A stretch of DNA of 64,000 nt, from the IMG/VR virus record IMGVR_UViG_3300025876_000018, positions 4,646 to 68,645 of that record. One strand, given 5' to 3'. Shown here piece by piece: positions 9,445 through 17,918 of this stretch; position 1 is the first letter of the stretch; the number at the start of each line of letters is the position of its first letter. Under the pieces are notes generated by a model that saw only the letters and a list, made by a program, of their open reading frames with translations, had not been told where the DNA came from and made no database searches. The position numbers were made by a program, and so were the translations under genes. This DNA comes from a virus.

Positions 9445-11718
9445 ATGGCATTTGTACCAGATTTTATAGGAAATGTTTTATGGGTAGATAGTATACATGG
9501 AAATGATAATACGGCTCAACCTGATAGACAAGAATACCCTTACTTAACAATCGCAGCAGCTTTAGCGGTAGCACCAACCACAGGTTCGACAGTGGTGGTT
9601 AGACCAGGTGTTTACCCAGAAGAAGGTTTAGTAGTTAATGGTAACGTATCTTTAATAGGTGAAGGTGGTTGGCAGGTAACAACTATTGGTCCTTCACCAG
9701 CTTCCGCTACTACAGATATTATAGAACTAAAACAAAACGCTTATGTAGAAGGTGTTAGTGTTAACGTACCACAAGGTAGTTTTAGTGGTATATTCGCTAG
9801 TAACGCTGCAGGTACAAATAGTGCATACAATGTAACTTTTTACGGTAATGGTACTACAGGTAGTACAGGTGTTGGACTTTTTAAAAGTGGTGGTGGAAAA
9901 CTTATCGGTACTGGTATTAGAGTAGAAGGTGGTGGAATACAAGATTGTTTAAAAGTAGATTCAGGGGTTTTAGCGTTAGAAGGTATTCATGTACCACAAT
10001 CTAGTGGTTCAATCGAAAATGTACTATTAGTTACAACTTCGGGAGGTACATTAGCAGGTAGAGCACAAATGTTAAGTTTTAACTCAGGTAACAATAACGT
10101 AACCAATGTAGTTAAAACTACTGGTGGTGTTACAGGTGTGATACCAACCGCATTAATATTTACACCAAATATATTTAACGCAACAAATGCATACACAGGT
10201 GACGGTGAGTTTGAAACTTTAAATATGTTAGGTGGTAGATTTGAGAATGTAACTTTATCGGTTAATTTGGATTTAGCTGGTACCGCACAGGAATCTACAT
10301 ACAGAATAAATGCAAATCACCAACCATTATATCTTTACAATAAGGAAGCTGCTGCGTTGGCAGAATTTAGTTTAACCTTTACACAACAATCAACAGATAT
10401 TTTTGATTCAAGTTTTAATGTTTTTGGTGCAGATCAAATGTCGGTTGGGTTTGCTGAAAGGGGTACTTCACTTTCCGTAGGTAGAGGATCACCTTATACT
10501 ACAGGTATGGTTGTTTTAACTACAGATAGTACCGCTAGTAGTACATCAGACGGTGGTAACTTAACTGATGTAACTGATGAGGCGACTAGTAAAACAGGTA
10601 GTACATTTACTTTTCAAGGGGCTGGCGCTAACCATACAATATTAGTAGGTGTTAGGAGACAAGATTTAAATGGTGACCCATTAAAATTTTATGGTTTAGA
10701 AACATTTGTTAGCTCACAAGCGTCATCTGGTGGAACTTATGTGTTTGAATCTTGGAATGGTTCTCAATGGGTTGAAACTATGGGAATGTGTAGTAGTGTT
10801 GATAAGGGTTTTTCATATGGTACGGATTATTTTATTAGACCTAATACCGATGAATTTGTTAGAGTAGGATTAGATGAATTTATTGAATCCCCAATTGCTG
10901 ATTTTGCGGTGTCCGCAGTTACATGGTCAAATAAAACTATTAATAGTGTAGACGCATATTGGTTAAGGATAAGAATTGATACGTTAGTAACAACTTTACC
11001 TAACTTCGAAAGATTTAAAATTTTAGATAGTATTTATTCTTTTTCTAAAAATGGTGTTCCTTCCGCAAAAGGTTTGGCACAATTTAGAAAAACTATAAAC
11101 TTAAATGGTAATATATGGTCTGGTAATGCTGCAGGTATGGGTACTGCATTGGCTAGTTATGATAGAACGGTGGGTACTGGCGGAAATGCTTACACACATT
11201 ATTTTAACGACTCTTTGATTGAAGGTGCATCAGATAGTGTTAGTATACAGTTCCCTTTACCTATTGGTACATGTACTGCTTTTCCATTAATACTTAAATT
11301 AGTTATGGAAGCTCCTAATGGTAGCGGCACCGCAATAGATGATGGTGGTAATACTATACAATTAACTACAAGTGTTTTACCACAACCATTAATAGGTACA
11401 TTAATTGCGGATTCTAGTGGTGGGACAGAACCAATAAAAAGAACCATTGCACAAACTAGTACCATTATATCTCAAAACCCATTCTCAAATACTGTAACTG
11501 TCTTACCTGAAGGTTATGTACCTACTACAACAACTTGGGAAGATTTAGATAACCAGATTTTTGAAATTGATTTAGGTCAAGTAAATGTTCAATCAATTTA
11601 TGAAGGGGACATTGTTTTGGTAAATATTAACGTTAGTACATTAGATTCTACAGGTGAAGTTGCCATTTATTCCTTAATTGTAGAAGGAGTATCACATCAA
11701 GACGGTAAAGGTATATAA
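9445..11718 (+). CDS. Beta-helix (pectin-lyase-like) tailspike / receptor-binding protein
   Basis: The N-terminus VLWVDSIHGNDNTA..YPYLTIAAAL..VVVRPGVYPE is the same beta-helix cap motif seen in the fibre modules. It is followed by Gly/Asn/Val-rich rungs. Confidence 0.65.
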   Translation: MAFVPDFIGNVLWVDSIHGNDNTAQPDRQEYPYLTIAAALAVAPTTGSTVVVRPGVYPEEGLVVNGNVSLIGEGGWQVTTIGPSPASATTDIIELKQNAYVEGVSVNVPQGSFSGIFASNAAGTNSAYNVTFYGNGTTGSTGVGLFKSGGGKLIGTGIRVEGGGIQDCLKVDSGVLALEGIHVPQSSGSIENVLLVTTSGGTLAGRAQMLSFNSGNNNVTNVVKTTGGVTGVIPTALIFTPNIFNATNAYTGDGEFETLNMLGGRFENVTLSVNLDLAGTAQESTYRINANHQPLYLYNKEAAALAEFSLTFTQQSTDIFDSSFNVFGADQMSVGFAERGTSLSVGRGSPYTTGMVVLTTDSTASSTSDGGNLTDVTDEATSKTGSTFTFQGAGANHTILVGVRRQDLNGDPLKFYGLETFVSSQASSGGTYVFESWNGSQWVETMGMCSSVDKGFSYGTDYFIRPNTDEFVRVGLDEFIESPIADFAVSAVTWSNKTINSVDAYWLRIRIDTLVTTLPNFERFKILDSIYSFSKNGVPSAKGLAQFRKTINLNGNIWSGNAAGMGTALASYDRTVGTGGNAYTHYFNDSLIEGASDSVSIQFPLPIGTCTAFPLILKLVMEAPNGSGTAIDDGGNTIQLTTSVLPQPLIGTLIADSSGGTEPIKRTIAQTSTIISQNPFSNTVTVLPEGYVPTTTTWEDLDNQIFEIDLGQVNVQSIYEGDIVLVNINVSTLDSTGEVAIYSLIVEGVSHQDGKGI

Positions 11719-11752
11719 TTTACAATATTTTTTTTTGTAGTATTATTGTAAA

Positions 11753-12157
11753 ATGAAAAATGTTTTATATAAGAACAAATCAATTGAACCTAGAAAAAGT
11801 GACGTACATGGTTGGGGTATATTCACAAAAGAAAAAATATCTAAGGGAGAAATATTAGAAGAATGTCATTGTTTATATATGACAGAAGATGACGCTTCCT
11901 ATACACACCATTTAAAACCAATAAGAATAAATACTATTAGAGTAGAAGATAATGGTACATTTCCTTATGTTATTCCTTTTGGTTATGGGGCGTTATTTAA
12001 TTCATCTAACGACCCAAATATAATTTATAAGTGGGATAATGAAAATAAAATATTAGTATTCTACACATTAAGAGATATAGATAAAAATGAAGAACTATTT
12101 TTAAATTATGAATTTAATAGGGTCTTAGCTAATACGGATTTATTTACTCTTAATTAA
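11753..12157 (+). CDS. SET-domain protein (putative protein lysine methyltransferase)
   Basis: SDVHGWGIFT..I.KGE (motif I), ALFNSSNDPN (motif III, normally NHS), TLRDIDKNEELFLNY (motif IV with the catalytic Tyr). Confidence 0.85.
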   Translation: MKNVLYKNKSIEPRKSDVHGWGIFTKEKISKGEILEECHCLYMTEDDASYTHHLKPIRINTIRVEDNGTFPYVIPFGYGALFNSSNDPNIIYKWDNENKILVFYTLRDIDKNEELFLNYEFNRVLANTDLFTLN

Positions 12158-12308
12158 CCTCATCACCATAGATATCAGTCTTAGGTTTACAAGTTTCTCT
12201 AATTAGTTTTTCCACAAATGCGAACATTTTTAAACCATTATTTTCACAATATTCTTTTAATAGTTTATGTGTTTGTGGTGTAATTTTTAAGTTTTTATCC
12301 CTTTTCAT
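12150..12308 (-). CDS. Ribbon-helix-helix (CopG/Arc/MetJ-like) small DNA-binding protein, 52 aa, absent from the ORF track
   Basis: Hand translation gives MKRDKNLKITPQTHKLLKEYCENNGLKMFAFVEKLIRETCKPKTDIYGDEVN*. It shows an alternating beta-strand (KNLKI) then helix-G-helix. The ATATTTATA motif lies 4 nt upstream on the same strand. Confidence 0.75.
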   Translation of the reverse strand: MKRDKNLKITPQTHKLLKEYCENNGLKMFAFVEKLIRETCKPKTDIYGDEVN

Positions 12309-12312
12309 ATTA

Positions 12313-12411
12313 TATAAATATGAAAGTATGACAAAAGTATGATAAAATTCATACTATTTTTTGTTGTATAACAACAAAAAGAAATTTTTCGAAAATATTC
12401 GCATATTTATA
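12313..12411. promoter_or_regulatory. Divergent promoter/operator region between the RHH gene and the sheath
   Basis: ATATTTATA occurs on both strands (12313-12321 minus, 12403-12411 plus). AAAGTATGA direct repeats at 12323 and 12334, an inverted TCATACT at 12349, and a perfect 10-bp inverted repeat TTTTTGTTGT-ata-ACAACAAAAA at 12358-12380. Confidence 0.6.
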
Positions 12412-12453
12412 ATTAAAAGAAATTAATAATAAAAATCAAAAAAATAAAATTAA

Positions 12454-15306
12454 ATGGCATCAACAGACAGAATTTTTGTAAGTCCAGGTGTATTTACATC
12501 AGAAAAGGACTTAACATTCGTAACGAGACAAGTCGGTGTTACAACGTTAGGATTATTAGGTGAAACCCCTAAAGGTCCAGCGTTTGAGCCCGTATTTATC
12601 TCTGACTACAATGAATTTATTAGTTATTTTGGTGGTCTTAACTCTGAAAAATTTAAAGGGACGGGATTCCAAAAATACGAATTAAATTATATCGCCAAAT
12701 CGTTTTTAACACAAACCAACCAACTGTATGTAAGTAGAGTTTTAGGGTTGTCGGGTTATAAGGCAGGCGATGCGTGGTCAATTACATTGGACTCCTCAGA
12801 AGATCCCGACACTGTAGGTAGTGCATCTACAGTTACCGATACGTTATTAACATATACTGCAGAAACTACTGGGGTACCAGTCGCGTTGGATTGGAACAAC
12901 AACAATTTAGAGGCATTATATAATGATGGACAATTCACATTATCAACATTAGGGTTATTAGATACAGGACAAACTATTTCACAAACCGACCCTATATACG
13001 TTAAAACAGAATGTGACTTCAGTGGTGCAACTTTCGATATGGAAGTAACTGCAACAGGAACAAGTGGAAGTTTTGTAACTGGTACTACAAGTGGTACGGT
13101 TGTAAGTTATACCGCAACTTGTTTAACAGACATAGATGGTAGTGTTATCGCAACATTGAGATCGAGAGGTACATATAACGCAAATGAAGAGTTAGTTTTC
13201 GAAGTTACTGGTACTTCAGCAACAATGAGTAATACTACAAATATTGTAAATAATGCATTGGCATCGTTTACTATAGGTGGAACCGCAACGAATGGTAACG
13301 CATTTAGTTATGACGTTTCATTAGATAGAACTAAAAAGAATTATATCCCTAGAGTATTTGGTAGTTCAGCACAAGATAAAGACACTGAATTATGGGTAGA
13401 AGAAATTTATGAAAATGTATTAGTTGATTTAATCTCTAAGAATCAAGTTAGAGGATTAGACGTTGACTTTAATACTATCCAAACTACAGATGCAAATGAT
13501 TTAGATAATTATCAAGAACAATGGAAGTCTGCGGTATCACCTTGGGTTCTCTCAGAACTAAAAGGTACTGGTTCAGGTGCAACATTACAAAGACTATTTA
13601 GATTTATTACAATATCTGATGGTAATGCAGCAAATGAAGACGTTAAATTTTCAATTATTAATATTAAACCAGGTGATAAGACATTTGATTTACTAATAAG
13701 AAATTTTAATGATACTGATGCTAACCCATCTGTTGTAGAGAAATTTTCTAATCTTAGTTTAGATATTAACGCAACAGGATTTATTGGTAGGAAAATTGGG
13801 ACAAACGATGGTGAGTTTCCGTTACGTAGTAAATATATTATGGTTGAGTTTTACGATAGTGAGACACAATCTTCTTATTTAGAAGATCCAGATTTAGGTA
13901 ACCATTTTCCTGCAGGTTTTGAGGGAGTATTAAATAGAACGTACATTGGTTCTAGAACTTCTTCTCCACCAAAAATTGAGTATAAAACACAATATACAGA
14001 TTTTAATACGTCAAAATTAAGAAAAACATACTTAGGTTTAAATAGTGAAATCGGTGTAGATCAAGATTTCTTTGACTACAAAGGTAAAAACGAAGTTAAT
14101 AATGGTGTTTATAGTGGGAGAACAGATGGTTTTCATTTAGACGTTAATGCTAATGGTGCAAATGTAGACTTAGGTAGTAACACATATTCACCTTCTTTAC
14201 AAGTTGGGGTGTCTGCATTTACAACAGAGACTAGCATACAAACTGGACCATATAGAAAATTAGCGGCTAGGAAATTTACGTTTACACCATTCGGTGGATG
14301 GGATGGATGGGACGTTTATAGACTACAAAGAACTAATGACGATAGATATACTATAAATGGTTCTAGAGGTTCTATTGGAGAAACAAATGGGACGTTTTCT
14401 TCTTTTGTTACATCTGAAGGTGATAGTGGGATTAATTCCGATTATTACGCTTATTTAGATGGTATTTACACATATAACAATCCTGAAGCAGTTAATATTA
14501 ACGTATTTGCAACACCAGGAATTGACTTAAGAGATAATATTAGTTTGGTTGAGAATGCGGTTGATATGGTGGAAGTTGATAGGGCGGATTCGCTTTATGT
14601 GATTACTACTCCTGATACTAGTGACGGTGGTATCGTATTATCACCAAGTGAGGCAGTGGACACCATAGAAGATTCTGGTATTGATTCTAATTATTCTGCC
14701 ACATACTGGCCGTGGTTACAGATGAATGATACAGAAAATAACAGATATGTATGGTTACCACCTACAGTAGAAGTTATGAGAAACATCGCCCTTACCGATA
14801 ATGTGGCGTTCCCTTGGTTCGCAGCGGCTGGTTTAAATAGGGGTACAACAAACGCAATCAAAGCGAGAGTGAAACTAAAATTAGATGATAGAGATGACTT
14901 ATACGAAGGTAGAATTAACCCAATGGCGACATTCTCAGATGTAGGAGTTGTAATCTTCGGTAATAAAACACTACAAGTTAAAGAAACCGCACTTAACAGA
15001 ATCAATGTTAGAAGATTGTTGTTACAAGCGAGAAAACTTATTTCAGCGGTGTCAATCAGATTGTTATTCGAACAAAATGATGATGTTGTAAGAAATCAGT
15101 TCTTAAGTTTAGTTAATCCAATTCTGGATAACATTAGAAAAGAGAGAGGTTTAACAGACTTTAGAGTTGTATTGGATGACACACCAGAATCTATTGATAG
15201 AAACGAACTTAATGGTAGAATCTTTATTAAACCAACAAGGTCGTTAGAATTCATTTCAATAGAGTTCAATATTACTAACACTGGCGCATCTTTTGACGAT
15301 ATTTAA
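12454..15306 (+). CDS. Contractile tail sheath protein (T4 gp18-like), 950 aa
   Basis: N-terminal SPGVFTSEKDL..GETPKGPAFEP. The C-terminal sheath domain has YSATYWPW, PWFAAAGLNRG, LYEGRINP, GNKTLQ...RINVRRLL and IKPTRSLEFISIEF. Confidence 0.97.
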   Translation: MASTDRIFVSPGVFTSEKDLTFVTRQVGVTTLGLLGETPKGPAFEPVFISDYNEFISYFGGLNSEKFKGTGFQKYELNYIAKSFLTQTNQLYVSRVLGLSGYKAGDAWSITLDSSEDPDTVGSASTVTDTLLTYTAETTGVPVALDWNNNNLEALYNDGQFTLSTLGLLDTGQTISQTDPIYVKTECDFSGATFDMEVTATGTSGSFVTGTTSGTVVSYTATCLTDIDGSVIATLRSRGTYNANEELVFEVTGTSATMSNTTNIVNNALASFTIGGTATNGNAFSYDVSLDRTKKNYIPRVFGSSAQDKDTELWVEEIYENVLVDLISKNQVRGLDVDFNTIQTTDANDLDNYQEQWKSAVSPWVLSELKGTGSGATLQRLFRFITISDGNAANEDVKFSIINIKPGDKTFDLLIRNFNDTDANPSVVEKFSNLSLDINATGFIGRKIGTNDGEFPLRSKYIMVEFYDSETQSSYLEDPDLGNHFPAGFEGVLNRTYIGSRTSSPPKIEYKTQYTDFNTSKLRKTYLGLNSEIGVDQDFFDYKGKNEVNNGVYSGRTDGFHLDVNANGANVDLGSNTYSPSLQVGVSAFTTETSIQTGPYRKLAARKFTFTPFGGWDGWDVYRLQRTNDDRYTINGSRGSIGETNGTFSSFVTSEGDSGINSDYYAYLDGIYTYNNPEAVNINVFATPGIDLRDNISLVENAVDMVEVDRADSLYVITTPDTSDGGIVLSPSEAVDTIEDSGIDSNYSATYWPWLQMNDTENNRYVWLPPTVEVMRNIALTDNVAFPWFAAAGLNRGTTNAIKARVKLKLDDRDDLYEGRINPMATFSDVGVVIFGNKTLQVKETALNRINVRRLLLQARKLISAVSIRLLFEQNDDVVRNQFLSLVNPILDNIRKERGLTDFRVVLDDTPESIDRNELNGRIFIKPTRSLEFISIEFNITNTGASFDDI

Positions 15307-15315
15307 AATAAAAAT

Positions 15316-15341
15316 ATGGGGGGGTTAATTTCCCCCCATTT
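15316..15341 (+). terminator. Intrinsic terminator after the sheath
   Basis: ATGGGGGG-gttaattt-CCCCCCAT hairpin followed by T's. Confidence 0.75.
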
Positions 15342-15367
15342 ATAATAATAATAATAATAATAAAGAG

Positions 15368-15694
15368 ATGAAAATTAAAAAAAACGGAAAAGTAATTAGA
15401 TTAACAGAAAGTGATTTACGTAGAATTGCAAAAAGATATTTAAATGAAAATAAAGACCCTAAACAGATTGTTATTGATTGTATTATGGAAAATACTACAC
15501 TAAAAGATATTACAAATTTACCTGAATCATGTATAAAAATGATAACAGAAAAAGATTATACTAAAGCGTTAGAATGTGGAACGGAAATGGATGCAAGCGA
15601 CGCTAAGATGATTATTTCTAAAATTGAGCCTATCGGAAAATGTGTTATGAAGAAGATTGGTGGTAGTGGCCCTATGGATGAAAAATTACCATAA
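15368..15694 (+). CDS. Hypothetical protein with the LTESDL leader (putative head-packaged protein)
   Basis: MKIKKNGKVIRLTESDLRRIAKRYLNE; the leader is shared with 16922. Confidence 0.8.
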   Translation: MKIKKNGKVIRLTESDLRRIAKRYLNENKDPKQIVIDCIMENTTLKDITNLPESCIKMITEKDYTKALECGTEMDASDAKMIISKIEPIGKCVMKKIGGSGPMDEKLP

Positions 15695-15714
15695 TATTAT
15701 AAATCTAATAAATT

Positions 15715-15741
15715 AACCCCTCACATATGTGGGGTTTTTTT
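15715..15741 (+). terminator. Intrinsic terminator
   Basis: AACCCCTCAC-atat-GTGGGGTT hairpin followed by a T-run. Confidence 0.8.
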
Positions 15742-15765
15742 ATGATCGGACAATATTTATAATAT

Positions 15766-16023
15766 ATGAAATTAATTATTACAGAAAAACAATTTAAAAA
15801 ACTTATTTTAAAAGAAAATAAGGAATCAGATTTAAAATTATTAAGTGAATTTTGTAGTCGTTGGGGAGAACTTACCGATGTATCTAAAAACAATTTTTTA
15901 AAAGACAAAGAAAATTTAAAAAGTGATGGTTTACCATTAGATCCTTTTATGTTTTGTCAATTACCATTATCCGTTGAGTGGATAACAGATATAGAAAGAA
16001 ACTTACTAAAAAAATTATTATAA
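15766..16023 (+). CDS. Hypothetical protein with the ITEKQ leader
   Basis: MKLIITEKQFKKLILKE; ATATTTATA lies at 15753-15761. Confidence 0.75.
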   Translation: MKLIITEKQFKKLILKENKESDLKLLSEFCSRWGELTDVSKNNFLKDKENLKSDGLPLDPFMFCQLPLSVEWITDIERNLLKKLL

Positions 16024-16027
16024 TTAG

Positions 16028-16879
16028 ATGAATATTAAACTTACAGAGTCACAATATAAATTATTAAAGGAATTTAAGAAAAAAGCGTATTCTTTTGATT
16101 GGGATGATAATATATTGATTATGCCCACAAGAATACATTTAGATTATAATGTTAATAGTAATGATATTGCGGATTTAGGTAGTGAAGGTAATAAAATTTG
16201 GGTACCTGTATCAGTATCAACAGAACAATTTAGAAGTGTTAGACATAAATTAGGAAAAGACTTTAGATATCCAAACAATGATATACTAAGTGCGTTTAAA
16301 GATTTTAGAGATTATGGTGCATTTATTGAAGATACAAAAAGGGCATTAAGTTATAGAAGTTACGGACCTAGTTTTAATAAGTTTAAAGAAGCTTTAATAA
16401 GTGGTAGTGACTTTTCTATTATTACCGCAAGATCTAATCCCCCACAAGCAATAAAAGAAGGTATAAAGTTAATAATTAGAGATATGAGTTGGGGTGAACA
16501 AAAAGAGATGGAAAAGAACCTTAATGGGTTAACAATAGACGAATATTTAAATCTACAAGATTATCATCCTGTGTCTTCAGAAGAATTCGCACAAAAGTTT
16601 GGTTTAGATAGTGTGGGGACAAATCCAGAAGAAGGTAAAAAAATTGCGTTTAAGAGTTTTGTAGATAGAATTGTGAGTCAGATATCTAAGATTAAAGATG
16701 ACAAAGACTTTGAGGGTATTAGTGTTGGGTTTAGTGATGATGATGAAGGTAATGTAGAAGTTATAGAAGATTTAATTAGAAATGAATTAAAACGACTACA
16801 CCCCGAAATTACTTTTACAGTTTATGATACTTCAGATCCAAAAGACACAAAAAAGAAAAGAATAATAATTAAAAAGTAA
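16028..16879 (+). CDS. HAD-superfamily phosphatase-like protein with the LTESQ leader
   Basis: Motif I FDWDDN, motif II IITARS, Lys in KKIAF, motif IV GFSDDD. The leader is MNIKLTESQYKLLKE. Confidence 0.7.
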   Translation: MNIKLTESQYKLLKEFKKKAYSFDWDDNILIMPTRIHLDYNVNSNDIADLGSEGNKIWVPVSVSTEQFRSVRHKLGKDFRYPNNDILSAFKDFRDYGAFIEDTKRALSYRSYGPSFNKFKEALISGSDFSIITARSNPPQAIKEGIKLIIRDMSWGEQKEMEKNLNGLTIDEYLNLQDYHPVSSEEFAQKFGLDSVGTNPEEGKKIAFKSFVDRIVSQISKIKDDKDFEGISVGFSDDDEGNVEVIEDLIRNELKRLHPEITFTVYDTSDPKDTKKKRIIIKK

Positions 16880-16921
16880 TTTTTAATAAAAAACTAAATA
16901 TTTATATAAAAATATATAATT

Positions 16922-17230
16922 ATGAAAATTAAAAAGAATGGGGAAGTTATAAATCTAACGGAGTCGGATTTAAAACGAATTGTGAAAAATAGTCTACTTA
17001 AAGAAGAAACTGTAGAATGGGATTTAGACAAAGAAAGATTAGAAAAAGATGAAAAAGATATTTTATCTATAGATAAAAGACTATCACTATTAGAAAAAGA
17101 AGTACATGGTAATATGGATGGAGAGAAGTTTACGGATCAATCATTGCAAGAACAAGTTGATTGGTTAAGTAGTGGGATGGATGAAATAGGTAAAACAGTC
17201 ACTAGAATATTAAAACATATAAAATTATAA
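16922..17230 (+). CDS. Hypothetical coiled-coil protein with the LTESDL leader
   Basis: MKIKKNGEVINLTESDLKRIVKNSLLKEE; ATATTTATA lies at 16898-16906. Confidence 0.8.
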   Translation: MKIKKNGEVINLTESDLKRIVKNSLLKEETVEWDLDKERLEKDEKDILSIDKRLSLLEKEVHGNMDGEKFTDQSLQEQVDWLSSGMDEIGKTVTRILKHIKL

Positions 17231-17313
17231 TAAAAAAATAGTTTTTTTTGAAAACTGAATATTTATATAATATACAAAGAATAACTATAATAAAAAATTA
17301 AAAAAAAGAAAAA

Positions 17314-17802
17314 ATGGCAGATTTATTAATGAGAATGCCTGTTCCTTACGAACCGTTAAGAAAGAATAGGTTTATTTTGAGATTCCCAGACGAATTAGGA
17401 ATTCAAGAATGGTGGGTTTCTACAACATCAAGACCTAAATATACGAGTGATGAGGTAGAGATTCCATTTTTAAATACGTCTACTTTTGTTATTGGTAGAT
17501 TTAAGTGGGAATCTATTTCCGTAACATTTAGAGACCCTATTGGGCCTTCTGCAACACAAGCGTTAATGGAATGGGTTCGTTTACACTCAGAATCAGTAAC
17601 AGGTAGACAAGGTTACGCTGCAGGATATAAAAAAGACGTAGAATTAGAAATGTTAGACCCAACTGGTGTTGTTGTTCAGAAATGGATACTACAAGGTACA
17701 CAATTAAATGACGCAGATTTTAGTGGGTTAGATTATAATTCTTCTGATTTAGCAGAAATACAGTGTACACTTCGTTTTGATAGAGCGATTAACGTATTCT
17801 AA
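17314..17802 (+). CDS. Tail tube protein (T4 gp19-like)
   Basis: PYEPLRKNRF..RP...EIPFLN...G+..WE...VTFRDPI...LMEW...DPTG.VVQKWIL.G...LDY...I..TLRFD, downstream of the sheath. Confidence 0.95.
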   Translation: MADLLMRMPVPYEPLRKNRFILRFPDELGIQEWWVSTTSRPKYTSDEVEIPFLNTSTFVIGRFKWESISVTFRDPIGPSATQALMEWVRLHSESVTGRQGYAAGYKKDVELEMLDPTGVVVQKWILQGTQLNDADFSGLDYNSSDLAEIQCTLRFDRAINVF

Positions 17803-17829
17803 AAAATTAAAATATTTAATTTTATAAAT

Positions 17830-17862
17830 AAATCCTTATCATTAGTTTGGTGGGGATTTTTT
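17830..17862 (+). terminator. Intrinsic terminator after the tube gene
   Basis: AAATCCTTATCA-ttagtt-TGGTGGGGATTT stem with G.U pairs, followed by a T-run. Confidence 0.7.
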
Positions 17863-17918
17863 GGTTTTTGTTTATATTTATATAATAAACACAATAAAAA
17901 AATTAAAAAAAAGATATT

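Noticed and set aside
15343-15363. (TAA)n run after the sheath terminator
   Set aside because: A short A/T microsatellite that probably serves only as a translation enhancer or filler; no further structure.
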